Assembly (NCBI GenBank): GCA_003427395.1
Contig: BFEA01000031.1
Coordinates: 4,568,848 to 4,628,571 of the forward strand
Direction of reading: 5' to 3'
Length of the DNA: 59,724 bases
Origin: Chara braunii
Lineage: Eukaryota > Plantae > Charophyceae
In this document: in pieces, positions 23,735-35,550 of the stretch
Layout of the letters: the number at the start of each line of letters is the position of its first letter
Numbering within the stretch: position 1 is the first letter of the stretch
Notes under the pieces: model-generated
What the model saw: only the letters and a program-made list of their open reading frames with translations
What the model was told of the DNA's origin: nothing
Databases searched by the model: none
Position numbers and translations under genes: made by a program

Positions 23735-24259
23735 GGAAATACCGACTGTATGAAGTGTCGAATTAGACCCGATGGTACAAAAGGGTCAGCTCCCACGAAC
23801 CTCAAAGGAGCAAAGGTTGTCAAAATGCTGGCTACGTTGTAGGTCTCACGAGAGGAATATAATGTACTGAGTTCACTGAGATGTCAATTACTCATGGAGC
23901 TAAGAGGCGTTCTGTCTATGAGATTTTTAGCCTAGGCTCCTGGAGCTCCTTTTATCTGTGCTTTAACGTTTTTTTTTGGGAAGCGTAAAGACTGGGATGC
24001 TGGACCCGGTTTCCAGCTGTAGCTGGGTAAGAAGTGCACTTAAGGTGAAAAGCGAGCACAAGCTCGTAAGCTAAACTAGCTGAGGCTGCCAGGATAACTC
24101 CGGGTCGATTTGTGAGGTCCCCGGCCTCGTTCCAGTGTTTTGTAATGAATTGTCTAAGCTTTCCAAAAAAAAAAAAAAAACCTTTCGAGAGGGCTCGTCG
24201 CCACACTGCGCTTTCCAAGGCGGCAGTCTCCAATTCGTCAGAGGCGGAGCGCAGACCAC

Positions 24260-24770
24260 GGGCCTCGCCACACCACTCTCGAAATGTGCAAAATGAGAAT
24301 GAACTTCCCGCTAGAACATGGCCAGATGCACCCGCCAAATTTTTGTCTTTTTCACATTTCGAGAGTGGTGTGGCGAACCCAGACAAAACGGTGGCAACAG
24401 ATGGTTGTCGGCCGAGGCGCACTCTCCAGTTTGGGGCCGAAATCGGAGGAGCCTCGGACCACTCCTCAAATCCGGTGCTTTGCAGGCGGGGCAATCCACA
24501 AAGTTCGAGAGCACTCCCCAGAACCGCATTCTGACCGCTCTCCAAATTCTTTCTGAATGCGATTTTGGGAGTTGGTCTGGCGATGCCACCTCTCTCCAAA
24601 TAGCTGTTTTGGAGATAGGTGTGGCGAGGCCCACTAATTAAAAACTTTGGAGATAGGTGTGGCGAGGCCCACTAATTAAAATCTTTGGAGATAGGTGTGG
24701 CGAGGCCCACTAATTAAAATATTTGGAGATAGGTGTGGCGAGGCCGAGACTGGTATATGGGCCGCCTATA

Positions 24771-24802
<32 letters not shown>

Positions 24803-25680
24803 CACTTGATGAAAGCTCGGTTTTTCTCCTCAGTAGGAGGGCAGCAGAAAGAGGGATGTGGGGTAAGGAGTGAGCGTCATTTTGTTATAGGGAGCCTGGG
24901 ATCTTCTAGCCTGCATTAGGGACGGATCACAAGACCCTCAGGGCATCGCCACACCACTCTCGAAATGTGCAAAATGAGAATGAACTTTCCGCTCGAACGC
25001 GACCAGATGCACCCTCCACATTTTTGTCTTTTTCACATTTCGAGAGTGGTGTGGCGAGGCCCTCAGACAGGACCCTCAGCCAACCGAGTAGGTCTGAGTC
25101 TACTGAATGACATTGTAGTGCGTTCGTTGTTGCAGCTCTTTTATCCAGGAGGTTGATCCCCTCGGGGTGTGGTCCCCCGTCGTAAGCGAAAGTGGGTAAC
25201 GCCCCCAGCCTCAAGATATTTATTAGAAATATAAGCCTTGGGCACTGGGGTCTGGTCCCACCTACGGCCGTTGAGTTGAGAAACCTCAACGGTGTGACAC
25301 CATTTACCGTATTTTTTAAATCTGAAAAATGCATTTCAGATTTATTCGTAGCAGTTTTTATTCATTTTAAGAAAATGATGCGAAAATAGTGGTTTCTGTG
25401 GAGGATTCTGCGTATCTTGAAGTACCATATGGCCTCGCTGCACTACTCTCGAAATGTGCAAAACGAGAGTGAATCTTCCCCTAGAATATGGAAAGATGCA
25501 CTGCCATGATTTTTGCCTTTTGTGCATGTCGAGAGTAGTGCAGCGAGGCCCCATGATGTGGAAAAACGAGGACGTGAAATTGGGTCCAAAGAGCAATGAA
25601 TATAGGCAAGAACACGGAAACATACATCGACTTTCTTTTTTTTTTTGTTTGTGCATGTGGTGAGCAACGGAGCGAGGCCT
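24260..25680. repeat. Cluster of fold-back MITE-like units (24260-24380, 24941-25062, 25431-25552) plus a 38-bp tandem array of their terminus (~24609-24745)
   Basis: TIR gggcctcgccacaccactctcgaaatgtg / cacatttcgagagtggtgtggcgaggccc; 3-bp TCA flanks on copy 24941-25062; unit ttggagataggtgtggcgaggcccactaattaaaa... x3.5. Confidence 0.8.
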
Positions 25681-26099
25681 TATAGAGCCCACGCACGACA
25701 GTTACGGCTTTCATTGCACTGACGAAGTGCCTGACACAGTATACGAGAAACGGGGAACAGCAGACGGCGACTAAAAATCCCAAAAATCGCAAACTTTCTC
25801 ATCGACCATGTTGAGAAACCTACCCTCGACCGTGGAGGGTAGCTTTCTCAACTCCGTGGCGCTTGCCCATGCCGCCTTCCCTCCATTGCGGGAGTCCATT
25901 CGAAGTCCTCCTACAAAAAAAAAAATCATTCAAATCACCCGGTAGGACATCAACATTTCGAAATATTTCCAACCGTGGGATCGCAGCCCTGTCGACGGCC
26001 ACATCCTGTCGAACGTTGTCGCTCGTCGTAGAAAACTCCGCGTTGAGTTTTTCAACAACACAGGCGGGACCAGACCCCTGGGCTCCTGATTTNTTNTTG

Positions 26100-26130
<31 letters not shown>

Positions 26131-28388
26131 CTCTGGAAACGAGTGCGCCTCCCGCAGAGAGTGGCAAGATGCATCCGCTACCGTATGAATAGTAACGGCT
26201 GCATCTTGCGATATTCTGCGGAAAATACACTTCTACGTTTTACGTTTCAACACTGGTGTGGCCAGGCCCTGTATGGCGAACGATTTTTTTATTATTTTTT
26301 TTAATCGCGAAGGATTTTACAAGCTCGGCGGGGAGTGATTTTGCGGTTTGGCGGGATGCAATTTTTCCTTTCACCCATTCGCTGACCGATTGCACAGAAT
26401 GTCAAATCGCCGTGGCACCACGCAGCAACCAAGGGCACAGACGCTGTACACGTGGGCCACAGGTGCTCGCTCCACAAGTCACCACATGCGCGAAAGACAA
26501 AAAAAATATGGCGGTGTATCTTCCAATGTTCCAGCGGAAGATTCATTCTCATTTTGTGGAGCGAAGGCGGCCTGCCGATGGCGGCAAACTATGCGCAGGC
26601 GGGCTGTACGTGTGAGTCATCGAGTTATCGCCTGCTGAGCGTCTGGCATACCTTCATTGCCTGCTGACTCTGCTGAGCGTTTGAAAGATTGTCGCGGCCT
26701 TCTTCTGCCAAAGTGTCATCCTCTCCCTCAGGCTCCCTGCTTGACGACTCACACGACACGGCGTAAGATCAGTACAATCCATGATTTGCTCTCGTCGCCC
26801 ACACGGTTTTGCTCTTTTTTCTTATCTCGTGCCTGCACGGCGCACTTGCGCGGATTCTGTGTTTCAAATAGAATTGGAGTACCAGCACCACTAACGCTGT
26901 TGGAGGCGTTTTCAAAAAAAAAAAAAAAAAAAGTACCTCACTACCTCACTCATCTGCTTCACTACCTCACTCATCTGCTTCCAGTGGTGCTTCAACGCGG
27001 GCCGCTATTTCCATAGTCCAGGGGCTTACCAACTGAGCTTACGCCAGTTGGTGGATTCTGTGTTTCTGTCCCTGTACCTTTCTTCTTCTTCTTCTTCTTC
27101 TTCTTCTTCTTCTTCTTCTTCTTCTTTTTAGCAGGAAAAAGGAACATCGGTGCAGGCAACCACTTAGTAATGAGGTGATAGGCGCATCCTGGTTGCGTGT
27201 GGCGCGCTTGCAAGGCTCCAGTTATTGATGGGCAGCTTGACCATCTGGAAAGTGCGTCCGCCGTCCCAGTATTATGCAACATCACATCACGATCTTACAA
27301 GTTTACCTTTCTAATCAATCTATGATCGAGATCGAATGGATGAGTCCAGGCCAGTGCCACTGGGTTCTTGCCCATCATGAAAGAGAGGAGCTTATCGTAT
27401 ACGGCACGGAAGTAGGAGCATGTAAAAGAGGAGCTTATCTTATCCTGTCAGTGAATGAAGAACGCCGTACGGGGTATATCGACAAAGGTAATACGACAGT
27501 GCCTTGCTCTTGCTGAGCTTTCATCCTTCTTCTGTGTCAGTTTCCGTTCAGGGCTTCTGATGTAAACTCTTTTCGGAACATAAGAGCAATCTAAACTCTC
27601 TTTTTGGATCGTAAGTGTAATCTAACAGACATAGAGAATAAGTAGTACTACCTTGCTGAACTTTCCCTCTATTAGCTTACAGATCATTATCGATGAAATA
27701 TGTACAAGACTGCTTAAAGTTTTGGATCATAAGTCTTAAGAGTAATGAATCTACACGCTTTTCAGATCGTAAGAGTAGTCTAATCTCTCTTTGGATCATA
27801 ATTGTTAAGCTACTCTGTTAGTTTTGTAATTATATATCGATGGTGATTTGTGAGCTCAGGTAGTAGAATAGTGCGTTGCTAATGTCGCTGTCTTACGGAT
27901 TAGTTGTCGGTCTCAGGTTTTATGAGGATTCGAAACTTCTTTTTTTTTTTTTTTTTTTTTCGAAACTAGTTTGCATCAGGATCTTCTCTTTCATGTTTGC
28001 CGAGAACGCTGTGTGTGGATGGGACATTGGACCATGCAGACGTAGAGAGACGTGTAAAACTGTGCGGCGCGGCGGACCCCTTCATCGTTCTCCAAAGCGG
28101 TTGGTCAACTCCTTTAAGCTGCCTTTTCTGAATGAGGGCATGTTCAGTCTCGGGACTTTCCAGGATGTATCCGGTGTAAATTTGCGTCCAGATTCAGTTG
28201 GAAAGGGCCAAGTACGAGTCCGGCCGAAGAGAAAAGGCAGGTCATGTAGTTTTCTATCTCAAGTTGCGTTTCGTTTTTGTACTCTGTGAACTGAATCTGA
28301 CGCCCGCTGCAGTGTCTGTCTCTATGCAATGGACGAAGGCTCGATCCCCTTCCCCGGGACTTAGAGACATGTCTCAAGAACAAACTAC

Positions 28389-28422
<34 letters not shown>

Positions 28423-29340
28423 NNNNNNNNNNNNNNNNNNNNNNNNNNNNNNNNNNNNNNNNNNNNNNNNNNNNNNNNNNNNNNNNNNNNNNNNNNNNNN
28501 NNNNNNNNNNNNNNNNNNNNNNNNNNNNNNNNNNNNNNNNNNNNNNNNNNNNNNNNNNNNNNNNNNNNNNNNNNNNNNNNNNNNNNNNNNNNNNNNNNNN
28601 NNNNNNNNNNNNNNNNNNNNNNNNNNNNNNNNNNNNNNNNNNNNNNNNNNNNNNNNNNNNNNNNNNNNNNNNNNNNNNNNNNNNNNNNNNNNNNNNNNNN
28701 NNNNNNNNNNNNNNNNNNNNNNNNNNNNNNNNNNNNNNNNNNNNNNNNNNNNNNNNNNNNNNNNNNNNNNNNNNNNNNNNNNNNNNNNNNNNNNNNNNNN
28801 NNNNNNNNNNNNNNNNNNNNNNNNNNNNNNNNNNNNNNNNNNNNNNNNNNNNNNNNNNNNNNNNNNNNNNNNNNNNNNNNNNNNNNNNNNNNNNNNNNNN
28901 NNNNNNNNNNNNNNNNNNNNNNNNNNNNNNNNNNNNNNNNNNNNNNNNNNNNNNNNNNNNNNNNNNNNNNNNNNNNNNNNNNNNNNNNNNNNNNNNNNNN
29001 NNNNNNNNNNNNNNNNNNNNNNNNNNNNNNNNNNNNNNNNNNNNNNNNNNNNNNNNNNNNNNNNNNNNNNNNNNNNNNNNNNNNNNNNNNNNNNNNNNNN
29101 NNNNNNNNNNNNNNNNNNNNNNNNNNNNNNNNNNNNNNNNNNNNNNNNNNNNNNNNNNNNNNNNNNNNNNNNNNNNNNNNNNNNNNNNNNNNNNNNNNNN
29201 NNNNNNNNNNNNNNNNNNNNNNNNNNNNNNNNNNNNNNNNNNNNNNNNNNNNNNNNNTTTTTTTTTTTTTTTTTTTTTTTTGAGGGGGTTGTTTTTGTGT
29301 GAGTGCGCGTCTTTACGTATCCAAATTATTTCCAACTTAA

Positions 29341-29556
29341 TGGGGAAAAATTATAAATCCCCCCCGCCACAAAACCTTTGTATATATTTCTACCCAAACA
29401 GTCCGGCAGTCCCAAAATCACTTTTCGTGTCAGTCATTTTTGCACCCTTCCTGGACCGGTAAGGCCCGCTGTTCAAAAATGGCGGGAATGTGTTTTACAG
29501 CCATGAGGGCAAATGAATGCAAAGGTTTTGTCGCGGGGGATCTATAACTTTTCCCA
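29341..29556. mobile_element. MITE-like element with ~45-bp imperfect TIRs
   Basis: tggggaaaaattataaatcccccccgccacaaaacctttg is the approximate reverse complement of caaaggttttgtcgcgggggatctataacttttccca. Confidence 0.65.
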
Positions 29557-30016
29557 AACTAATGAGGCCTACATTGACTGCGTTATTTTTCTGAAAACCA
29601 GTCCTGCTATCAGTTTGCGGTTCGAGTGATCTTATCAGTTTGCGGTTCGAGTGATCTTGTCCACATGCATTGTTTCGACGTGCTTGTCAGGCACGAGTAG
29701 CATGCGGAATTACTTTCACGTTTGCATGCGCAAATTATTTTTACGTGATCACGTGTTTGACTCCCGGACCCCTGTTCATGCCATCCGAAGCCAAGCCTCG
29801 CACGTTGACATTGACCACAGGTAAGGAGTCGCAGTTTGTGGGCGCCCCAGTCGTCGTGGCTCGATGAAGACTGCGAAACTGATCGATACACGTGGGTTGT
29901 TGATCGACTGCCACGTGGTAGCGGACCTCTCCCAAGCTCACAGATCGTCTTTCTGCCGTCGTCAGATATCCACATTTCCAAATATGTACGAACTAGTGCC
30001 GCGTGTTTCAAAACTG

Positions 30017-30116
30017 GCTTTCTCGGCCTTTTGGCTAAGATCAAGTGTTGTATCTGTTCTGATCAGTTTAATATCTGATCCGTGGTCCATCGGACCACAT
30101 AAAAAAAAAAAAAAAA
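30017..30116 (+). pseudogene. U2: U2 snRNA 5' fragment retrocopy with poly(A)
   Basis: CTTTCTCGGCCTTTTGGCTAAGATCAAGTG(T)TGTATCTGTTCT.ATCAGTTTAATATCTGAT plus stem IIb gtggtcc-atc-ggaccac; branch-pairing GTAGTA changed to GTTGTA; ends before the Sm site; TSD not clear. Confidence 0.93.
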
Positions 30117-31188
30117 GCCCTGGTCGATGGTCGCGAGATTCCGTGAGTCCAACGGAATTTTTTTTATTTTTATTTTTATTTTAACTTGGGAAGCAAACGG
30201 AGAATAATTGCGAAAAAAGATCTGCAAGCAAATATATATGTATAGACGATCGCGATTCACGAGGATTCTCGACGATAAATGAAAATGTTCAAATGTTTAA
30301 CAACAATCGCTTTTTCTTTTTTTCTTTTTTTTTTCAGGAATCAATCGCTTTTTCAGAAAGAGACAGGAGGAGGTTCTTGTGTGCATGATGATGACGATTC
30401 TTCAGATGGACAACTGTGACAGCTAAGAGAGAGCAAAGAGAAGATGGTTTGTTGCACCCGACACGACGAGCTGGACATGAAAGCACAAGACACACGCACA
30501 GTAAGAGCAGCAAGGTGGAAAGACTGTTCCCGGCTTCACCAGAAATAGAATGGCCGCTGATATAGCTGTATTCGGTGCAACTTGCAAGCTAGATACAGAG
30601 ACAGTGACCGTACGTTCGAGTAGGGGAAAGACGGCTACATGAACTCTCGAACATCAGAGAAAGAGGGAGAGGGGTCCTGTATTGAAGCACTAATTGTCCG
30701 CTGCGGACGCTTGGCTGTGAAAAGGGGATAATCAGCCTATAAAGCCGTAACATATGTGTGTCTGGGTGGTTTTCTTTTTTTGTTCTTTTATTTTGTATTT
30801 TTTTCTTTATTTAGTTGCCGTTCTTACGTCTCTTTGTGTTCAGTGAGGTCTCAATGATCAATACGATACAGTTTCAAAACGTCGTTTTCTCTCCATCTGT
30901 CGAGATCGATCTGACGGACCAGATACGTATCTCAGGCCGTACTTACACTAGCGCTTTCCGCAATGCATCTGACTGCAGTTAGCTCCCACGGAGATGAATG
31001 AATCTGACTGCAATCACGTCCAGAGCCTTGTAGGAAAAGTCCTAATGTGAGTATGCCCTCAGTACCGAATACGATTTCACTGCAGGACGGTGAGTGTACA
31101 CCATGTCGATCGAGCTTTTTTTTTTTTTTTTTTTGATTATTATTGTGAAAGATACTGAGGTAAACGTTAAGTGAAAAACAACGAGGTG

Positions 31189-31270
31189 ATCTTAGCGCTT
31201 GGGGCATAATGACACTGTCCGTGAGGGCTAGCCGAGACGCGTCTATTGCTGGTTGAAAACTATCTTCCAA
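31189..31270 (+). pseudogene. U4: U4 snRNA 5' fragment retrocopy with TSD
   Basis: ATCTT.GCGCTTGGGGCA..ATGAC...TGAGG...CCGAG.CGCGTCTATTGCTGGTTGAAAACTAT.TTCCAA matches plant-type U4; TSD aaaaacaacgaggtg (31174-31188) / aaaaataacgaagtg (31269-31283). Confidence 0.9.
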
Positions 31271-31283
31271 AAATAACGAAGTG

Positions 31284-31333
<50 letters not shown>

Positions 31334-31714
31334 CAAAAAAATAAACAAAACAATTACAAATTTCAACTTGAACGACCGTGGATAGTCACCGTGAGCGAAA
31401 GGGGTGCCTACAATTTTTCCGTGACGAAAGAGTCCAGCATGATGAACTAGGATTGATTTTTTTTTTTTTGGGAAGAAAGAAAGGGCGACGGCCTTGAGAT
31501 ATCATCATGGAACTGGCCCGCCCAGGGAATTTGGAACAATTTTATTCTGGTTATCTGATTGAATCTGGATGCGAACTTGGGTCTAATTCATATTTCAATA
31601 GTTCATAGGTGTACCAATCAGGATATTTTCATTATGGATGTTTCTAGAGTTTCATTGACGCCGATTGATTTCACGCGAGACATTGACGCAGGGGATGTTG
31701 CTCTGAGTAGCGTC

Positions 31715-32193
31715 GGTGATGGCGATGATGATGATGATGATGACGATTAATGGGGATGATACGCATGATGATTATTGACATGGTGATGGATAATAACTAA
31801 ACGCTGATGACGATGAGAACAATATGTTCGTAATCAAGAGTACGATCGCAATGATAATGAGAAGATGAAGATTTCTGTGGTGGCGATGTTGATGTTGATG
31901 ATGATGATGGTGATGATGATGATGATGATGATGATTGTGCTCCTGCTGCTGATGATGATGATGATGGTGACTGTGATGATGAGTATGATGGTGATGATGA
32001 TGATATGATTGTGCTGCTGCTGCTGTGGTGACTGAGATGGTGATGGTGCTGATGATGATGTGTGATGGTGATCATGATGAGTGTGATGGTGATGATATGA
32101 TGACTATGATGATGATGATGATGATGAGCGCAATGATGATGATGATGAGCGCAATGATGATGAGCGCAATGATGATGATATAATGACTGTGCT

Positions 32194-32246
<53 letters not shown>

Positions 32247-32300
32247 CGACGATGATGACGATGATCGAAATGGTAATGATGATGATCATTATGATTATGC
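31715..32300. repeat. Compound (GAT)n/(GCT)n microsatellite tract
   Basis: Seen directly. Confidence 0.9.
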
Positions 32301-32758
32301 ATTAAAACCGACTGTTGGGAAGAGCCTGAAGAGTGCGCTTTTGTACAGTTTGCCTCGCGTTTTACTTTTGTTGACGGCCTTGCTGCGGTAAAGGCAGCGC
32401 GATGGACAACAGAACAGCAGAAGCAGCAGCAGTGACAATTGCGTTAGAAAGAGGTGCACCGACCTCGGGTAAGAAACGCAGGATTGTTTTCACCTGCCTT
32501 TCTCTTTTTTGTGTCTTCCGGTGGAAACTAAGGATTGAGCTATTGTGCAATGCTTTTGATGTTCGACACTGAATCGACAGGTCTTCGCAACGGCAGGCCG
32601 CTTCGTCATAACGACGATCAACTTATTCAGACCTCTACAGCAAAGCCGACAAAGGCACCGTAAACTCATCTGGAGCCTCGGAGCAGCCGAGGTCTCCGAC
32701 AATCGCGCTCATCGAGCTGTGATGAACAAGATGGATTGAATTTCGAAAGAGGGTCAGC

Positions 32759-35407
32759 ATGGCAGAACATCACAACCGAACGATGGCGGGAGATTATTTT
32801 AACCGAGCGATGGCGGGAGATTATTTCAACCGAGTGATGGCGGGAGATCAAAGCCAGATGATAGCGGGAGATCAATGCCAGATGATGGCGGGAGATCACA
32901 ACCGAACGACCAACGCGGTCAGCAGATCTGTGGTAGGTTATGTGCAGATTGCGAAGAAGAGACGGAACTCGAAGAGCGATCATCCAGCTGAGGAAGAGGA
33001 AAACAAGGAGCGAGCGGCATTGGGCTTGGAAACTGTTCTTGAAGATACGAGGGGTACGGAGAAGGAGATGAAGCAGGAGGACAAAGAGGAGGAGAAAGAG
33101 GAGGAGAAAGGAGAGGAAAACGAGGAGGTTGTGTGGCTGCGATGCGGAAGGGCCGTCACTTTCGGGCGTCACTACATGTCCACAGTTCGACTGCGCGACG
33201 TGTACGCCAGTCGTCACCACGCCGCCATCATCGTCACTCCCGAGGGAGTGGTATGGCTGTGCGACACCAGCGCCAATGGGGTGTACGCAAGTCAGATCCG
33301 GCGACGGCGGACAGGCGACGCAAATTTGCGAGGAGACGGTCGTCGGGATCCCTACGAATTGGATGGGCGCGATCGCCGTCGAAGAGATGGCAGCAAGGCG
33401 GAGGTCCAGCTTGACAACAGAGGGCGACTTGAAGGGACATCAAGTTTCAGGAAGGACTCAGATTCGCTGCTTACAGTCTCGTGGCTTGGAGGCGGGGGCA
33501 ACTCCATCGTTCTTCCCCCCTCGACATCATTGTTGGTATTCATGGGATGTAACCTGGATCGAGAGGCTATGGAACACCGACGTGACCGGCTTTGCAAAGA
33601 CGTCCGCGTGGACGTACATCGTGCAGCTGCTGAACAACGTGAAGCTATGGCGGCGTTGCTGAGCCAACGTCCCGCTCCAACGGATTGTTCATGCTTCGAT
33701 ATCGTGGTCTTCTCAGGCAAGAAGAGTTGGAAAGAAGCGGCAGCTGAGCTCGCAATGCGAAGAGGGGGAAATAGTCATAATCCCTCGATCACCATGATGT
33801 GCAAAAAGTCACCATGGTCATCACCTCGTTGTCACGGAGGCGCGAAAGAAGAGCCAATTGTCAAGAGGCGGAGATGCGTTGACGATCACTCTGCTGCTGC
33901 TGCAGCTGCTGCAGCTGACGTGGCAAACATTCCTGCTTCGCGCAGAACACCGGCGGCGGCGGCGGATAAGAAGAGCAAACATGATGAGGAGCGGAAGAGA
34001 CGCGCTTCGTGCGCTCGCAACTCATCACCGACAGACTCGGCGGACCCTCTAGACCGCCGAGGAGGGAAACATGATGTCAGTTGCAGGTGCATCGGCCAGT
34101 CATGTCGCCTACAAGACCTGAGCGGCAATTGCAGGGACCGCATCATCTCGCCTACAGAGAACGATTGCTGCTGTGGCGATAATACTCGAGGTGGAGATGA
34201 TGCCCATCACGACGATGCTCAGCATACGGACTGCACAATGGCACCACCATCACCGATGCTTGTCACTTCGGATCGAATCTCGACACGTTGGGAAGACGGC
34301 ATAAGACGACAGGAAATGGGACAAAGAAGGCGTGACCATGCTGGAAGCCAGGTTGGCAGTCAAACACGGGCGGGTGGGAACATGGAATCCACCTCGTGCT
34401 GCGCTAATGTTTCCGCCCATGGCAGGCACGGCGCTGGCCATGGCGAGCGTGCAGACGATGCAGGGGGTGGCGGCGGTGATGCTGATGAAGCAGATATTGG
34501 CGATGGTTTCCAAGTTGGTGACGAGGAGGATGACGGCAGTCAGGTAAGCAGGGGACTAAGATCACGATCGCCATCTGCTGCCTTGGTCGTGATGGAGTTT
34601 AACCGTCTCCCGCCGTACGTGCGTCGGCAGTTGCAAAACTTGCCCAGCGGCAATGATGCATCATCATCACCATCTAATGGGATTTTCCTGAGTCGCGCTG
34701 CCAGCGGTATCTACAAAATTTATCGGATTGGAAAAGAAGAAGGGGACGGCAAAAGTGCCAGGCTGCCGGATAATGACAAAGTTCCCTCAGGAGCGATTGG
34801 AACTGAAGCAGCTCGTGATCCTGGTCGTGATCCGCGTCACGTTCAAAATATGAAGAACGATGATGACAACAAAGGAGAAGAGAGAGACCGAGACGAGGAA
34901 GCGGCAAACGTGTCTGCGAGAGATGGTGGGTTGCCGTCCTGCGGATGCACGGTGGGGGAAAGGTGCGGAGCGCCCGGAAGCGCTTGCCGAGCCTGCGGGT
35001 TCCGAACGGAAGAGGATGTGCACCATGGTGATGACAGGTTGCCGGCGTTGCAGCGCAGGGAAAAAAGGGGAGCAGATCTGAATCTTAGTCGTCCGTCGAG
35101 ACGTCCGATCCAAGCGTTTTCGCTCTTTCATCTGTACGCACCGAAAGGCCATCTTGTTCATCGCCAGCGCAAGCCGAGCGGTAGAGAGAAGGTTCGGGGC
35201 AAGGTTTCCAAGATAATAATTGTTAAACGGAGGGACAAAATCTATGAGAAGAAGAGAGCATCCAGCCAGAACAGCGCTGCCACTGACAAGAAGAAGAAGA
35301 AGAGCCTCGATATTGACGACAAGAGAACCACCAATTCGCCTCCTTGGCCGTCCAAGCCTGCTGATCTACTGCCGTCTCGGCTGGTCAAAGGGCGTCCTGC
35401 CTGTTAA
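32759..35407 (+). CDS. FHA-domain protein, 882 aa, single exon, mostly low-complexity
   Basis: FHA signature TFGR (33158-33169), ASRHHA, LCDTSANGVY; N-terminal MAGD repeats; uninterrupted 2.65-kb ORF. Confidence 0.72.
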   Translation: MAEHHNRTMAGDYFNRAMAGDYFNRVMAGDQSQMIAGDQCQMMAGDHNRTTNAVSRSVVGYVQIAKKRRNSKSDHPAEEEENKERAALGLETVLEDTRGTEKEMKQEDKEEEKEEEKGEENEEVVWLRCGRAVTFGRHYMSTVRLRDVYASRHHAAIIVTPEGVVWLCDTSANGVYASQIRRRRTGDANLRGDGRRDPYELDGRDRRRRDGSKAEVQLDNRGRLEGTSSFRKDSDSLLTVSWLGGGGNSIVLPPSTSLLVFMGCNLDREAMEHRRDRLCKDVRVDVHRAAAEQREAMAALLSQRPAPTDCSCFDIVVFSGKKSWKEAAAELAMRRGGNSHNPSITMMCKKSPWSSPRCHGGAKEEPIVKRRRCVDDHSAAAAAAAADVANIPASRRTPAAAADKKSKHDEERKRRASCARNSSPTDSADPLDRRGGKHDVSCRCIGQSCRLQDLSGNCRDRIISPTENDCCCGDNTRGGDDAHHDDAQHTDCTMAPPSPMLVTSDRISTRWEDGIRRQEMGQRRRDHAGSQVGSQTRAGGNMESTSCCANVSAHGRHGAGHGERADDAGGGGGDADEADIGDGFQVGDEEDDGSQVSRGLRSRSPSAALVVMEFNRLPPYVRRQLQNLPSGNDASSSPSNGIFLSRAASGIYKIYRIGKEEGDGKSARLPDNDKVPSGAIGTEAARDPGRDPRHVQNMKNDDDNKGEERDRDEEAANVSARDGGLPSCGCTVGERCGAPGSACRACGFRTEEDVHHGDDRLPALQRREKRGADLNLSRPSRRPIQAFSLFHLYAPKGHLVHRQRKPSGREKVRGKVSKIIIVKRRDKIYEKKRASSQNSAATDKKKKKSLDIDDKRTTNSPPWPSKPADLLPSRLVKGRPAC

Positions 35408-35550
35408 CGGCAATGTCCGCAGCGGTAAAAAGACGACGACAATGCTCCTGCCTGTTAACGGCAGTGGCGGCAGCGGTAAGAAGACAACGACAATGCTCCT
35501 GCCTGTTAACGGCAATGGCGGAAGCGGTAAAAAGATAATGACAATGCCGC
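35398..35550 (+). repeat. 51-bp tandem repeat x3, within a larger three-copy module (~35330-35900)
   Basis: gcctgttaacggca.tg...g.agcggtaa.aagac.acgacaatgctcct repeated. Confidence 0.8.

Larger units (their letters stand above)
15987..24180 (+). mobile_element. L1/Tx1-type LINE, near full length, disrupted
   Basis: ORF1 plus ORF2 (APE-RT-zinc finger); poly(A) at 24165-24180; candidate TSD aaaaaaactttc (~15975-15986) / aaaaaacctttc (~24175-24186). 5' boundary uncertain. Confidence 0.85.

Noticed and set aside
24609-24745. 38-bp repeat array as CRISPR
   Set aside because: No variable spacers; it is a tandem amplification of a MITE terminus.
28198-29335. Long ORFs spanning N runs (also 38222-39863, 47512-48363, 55059-55854)
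   Set aside because: Artefacts of assembly gaps and microsatellites.
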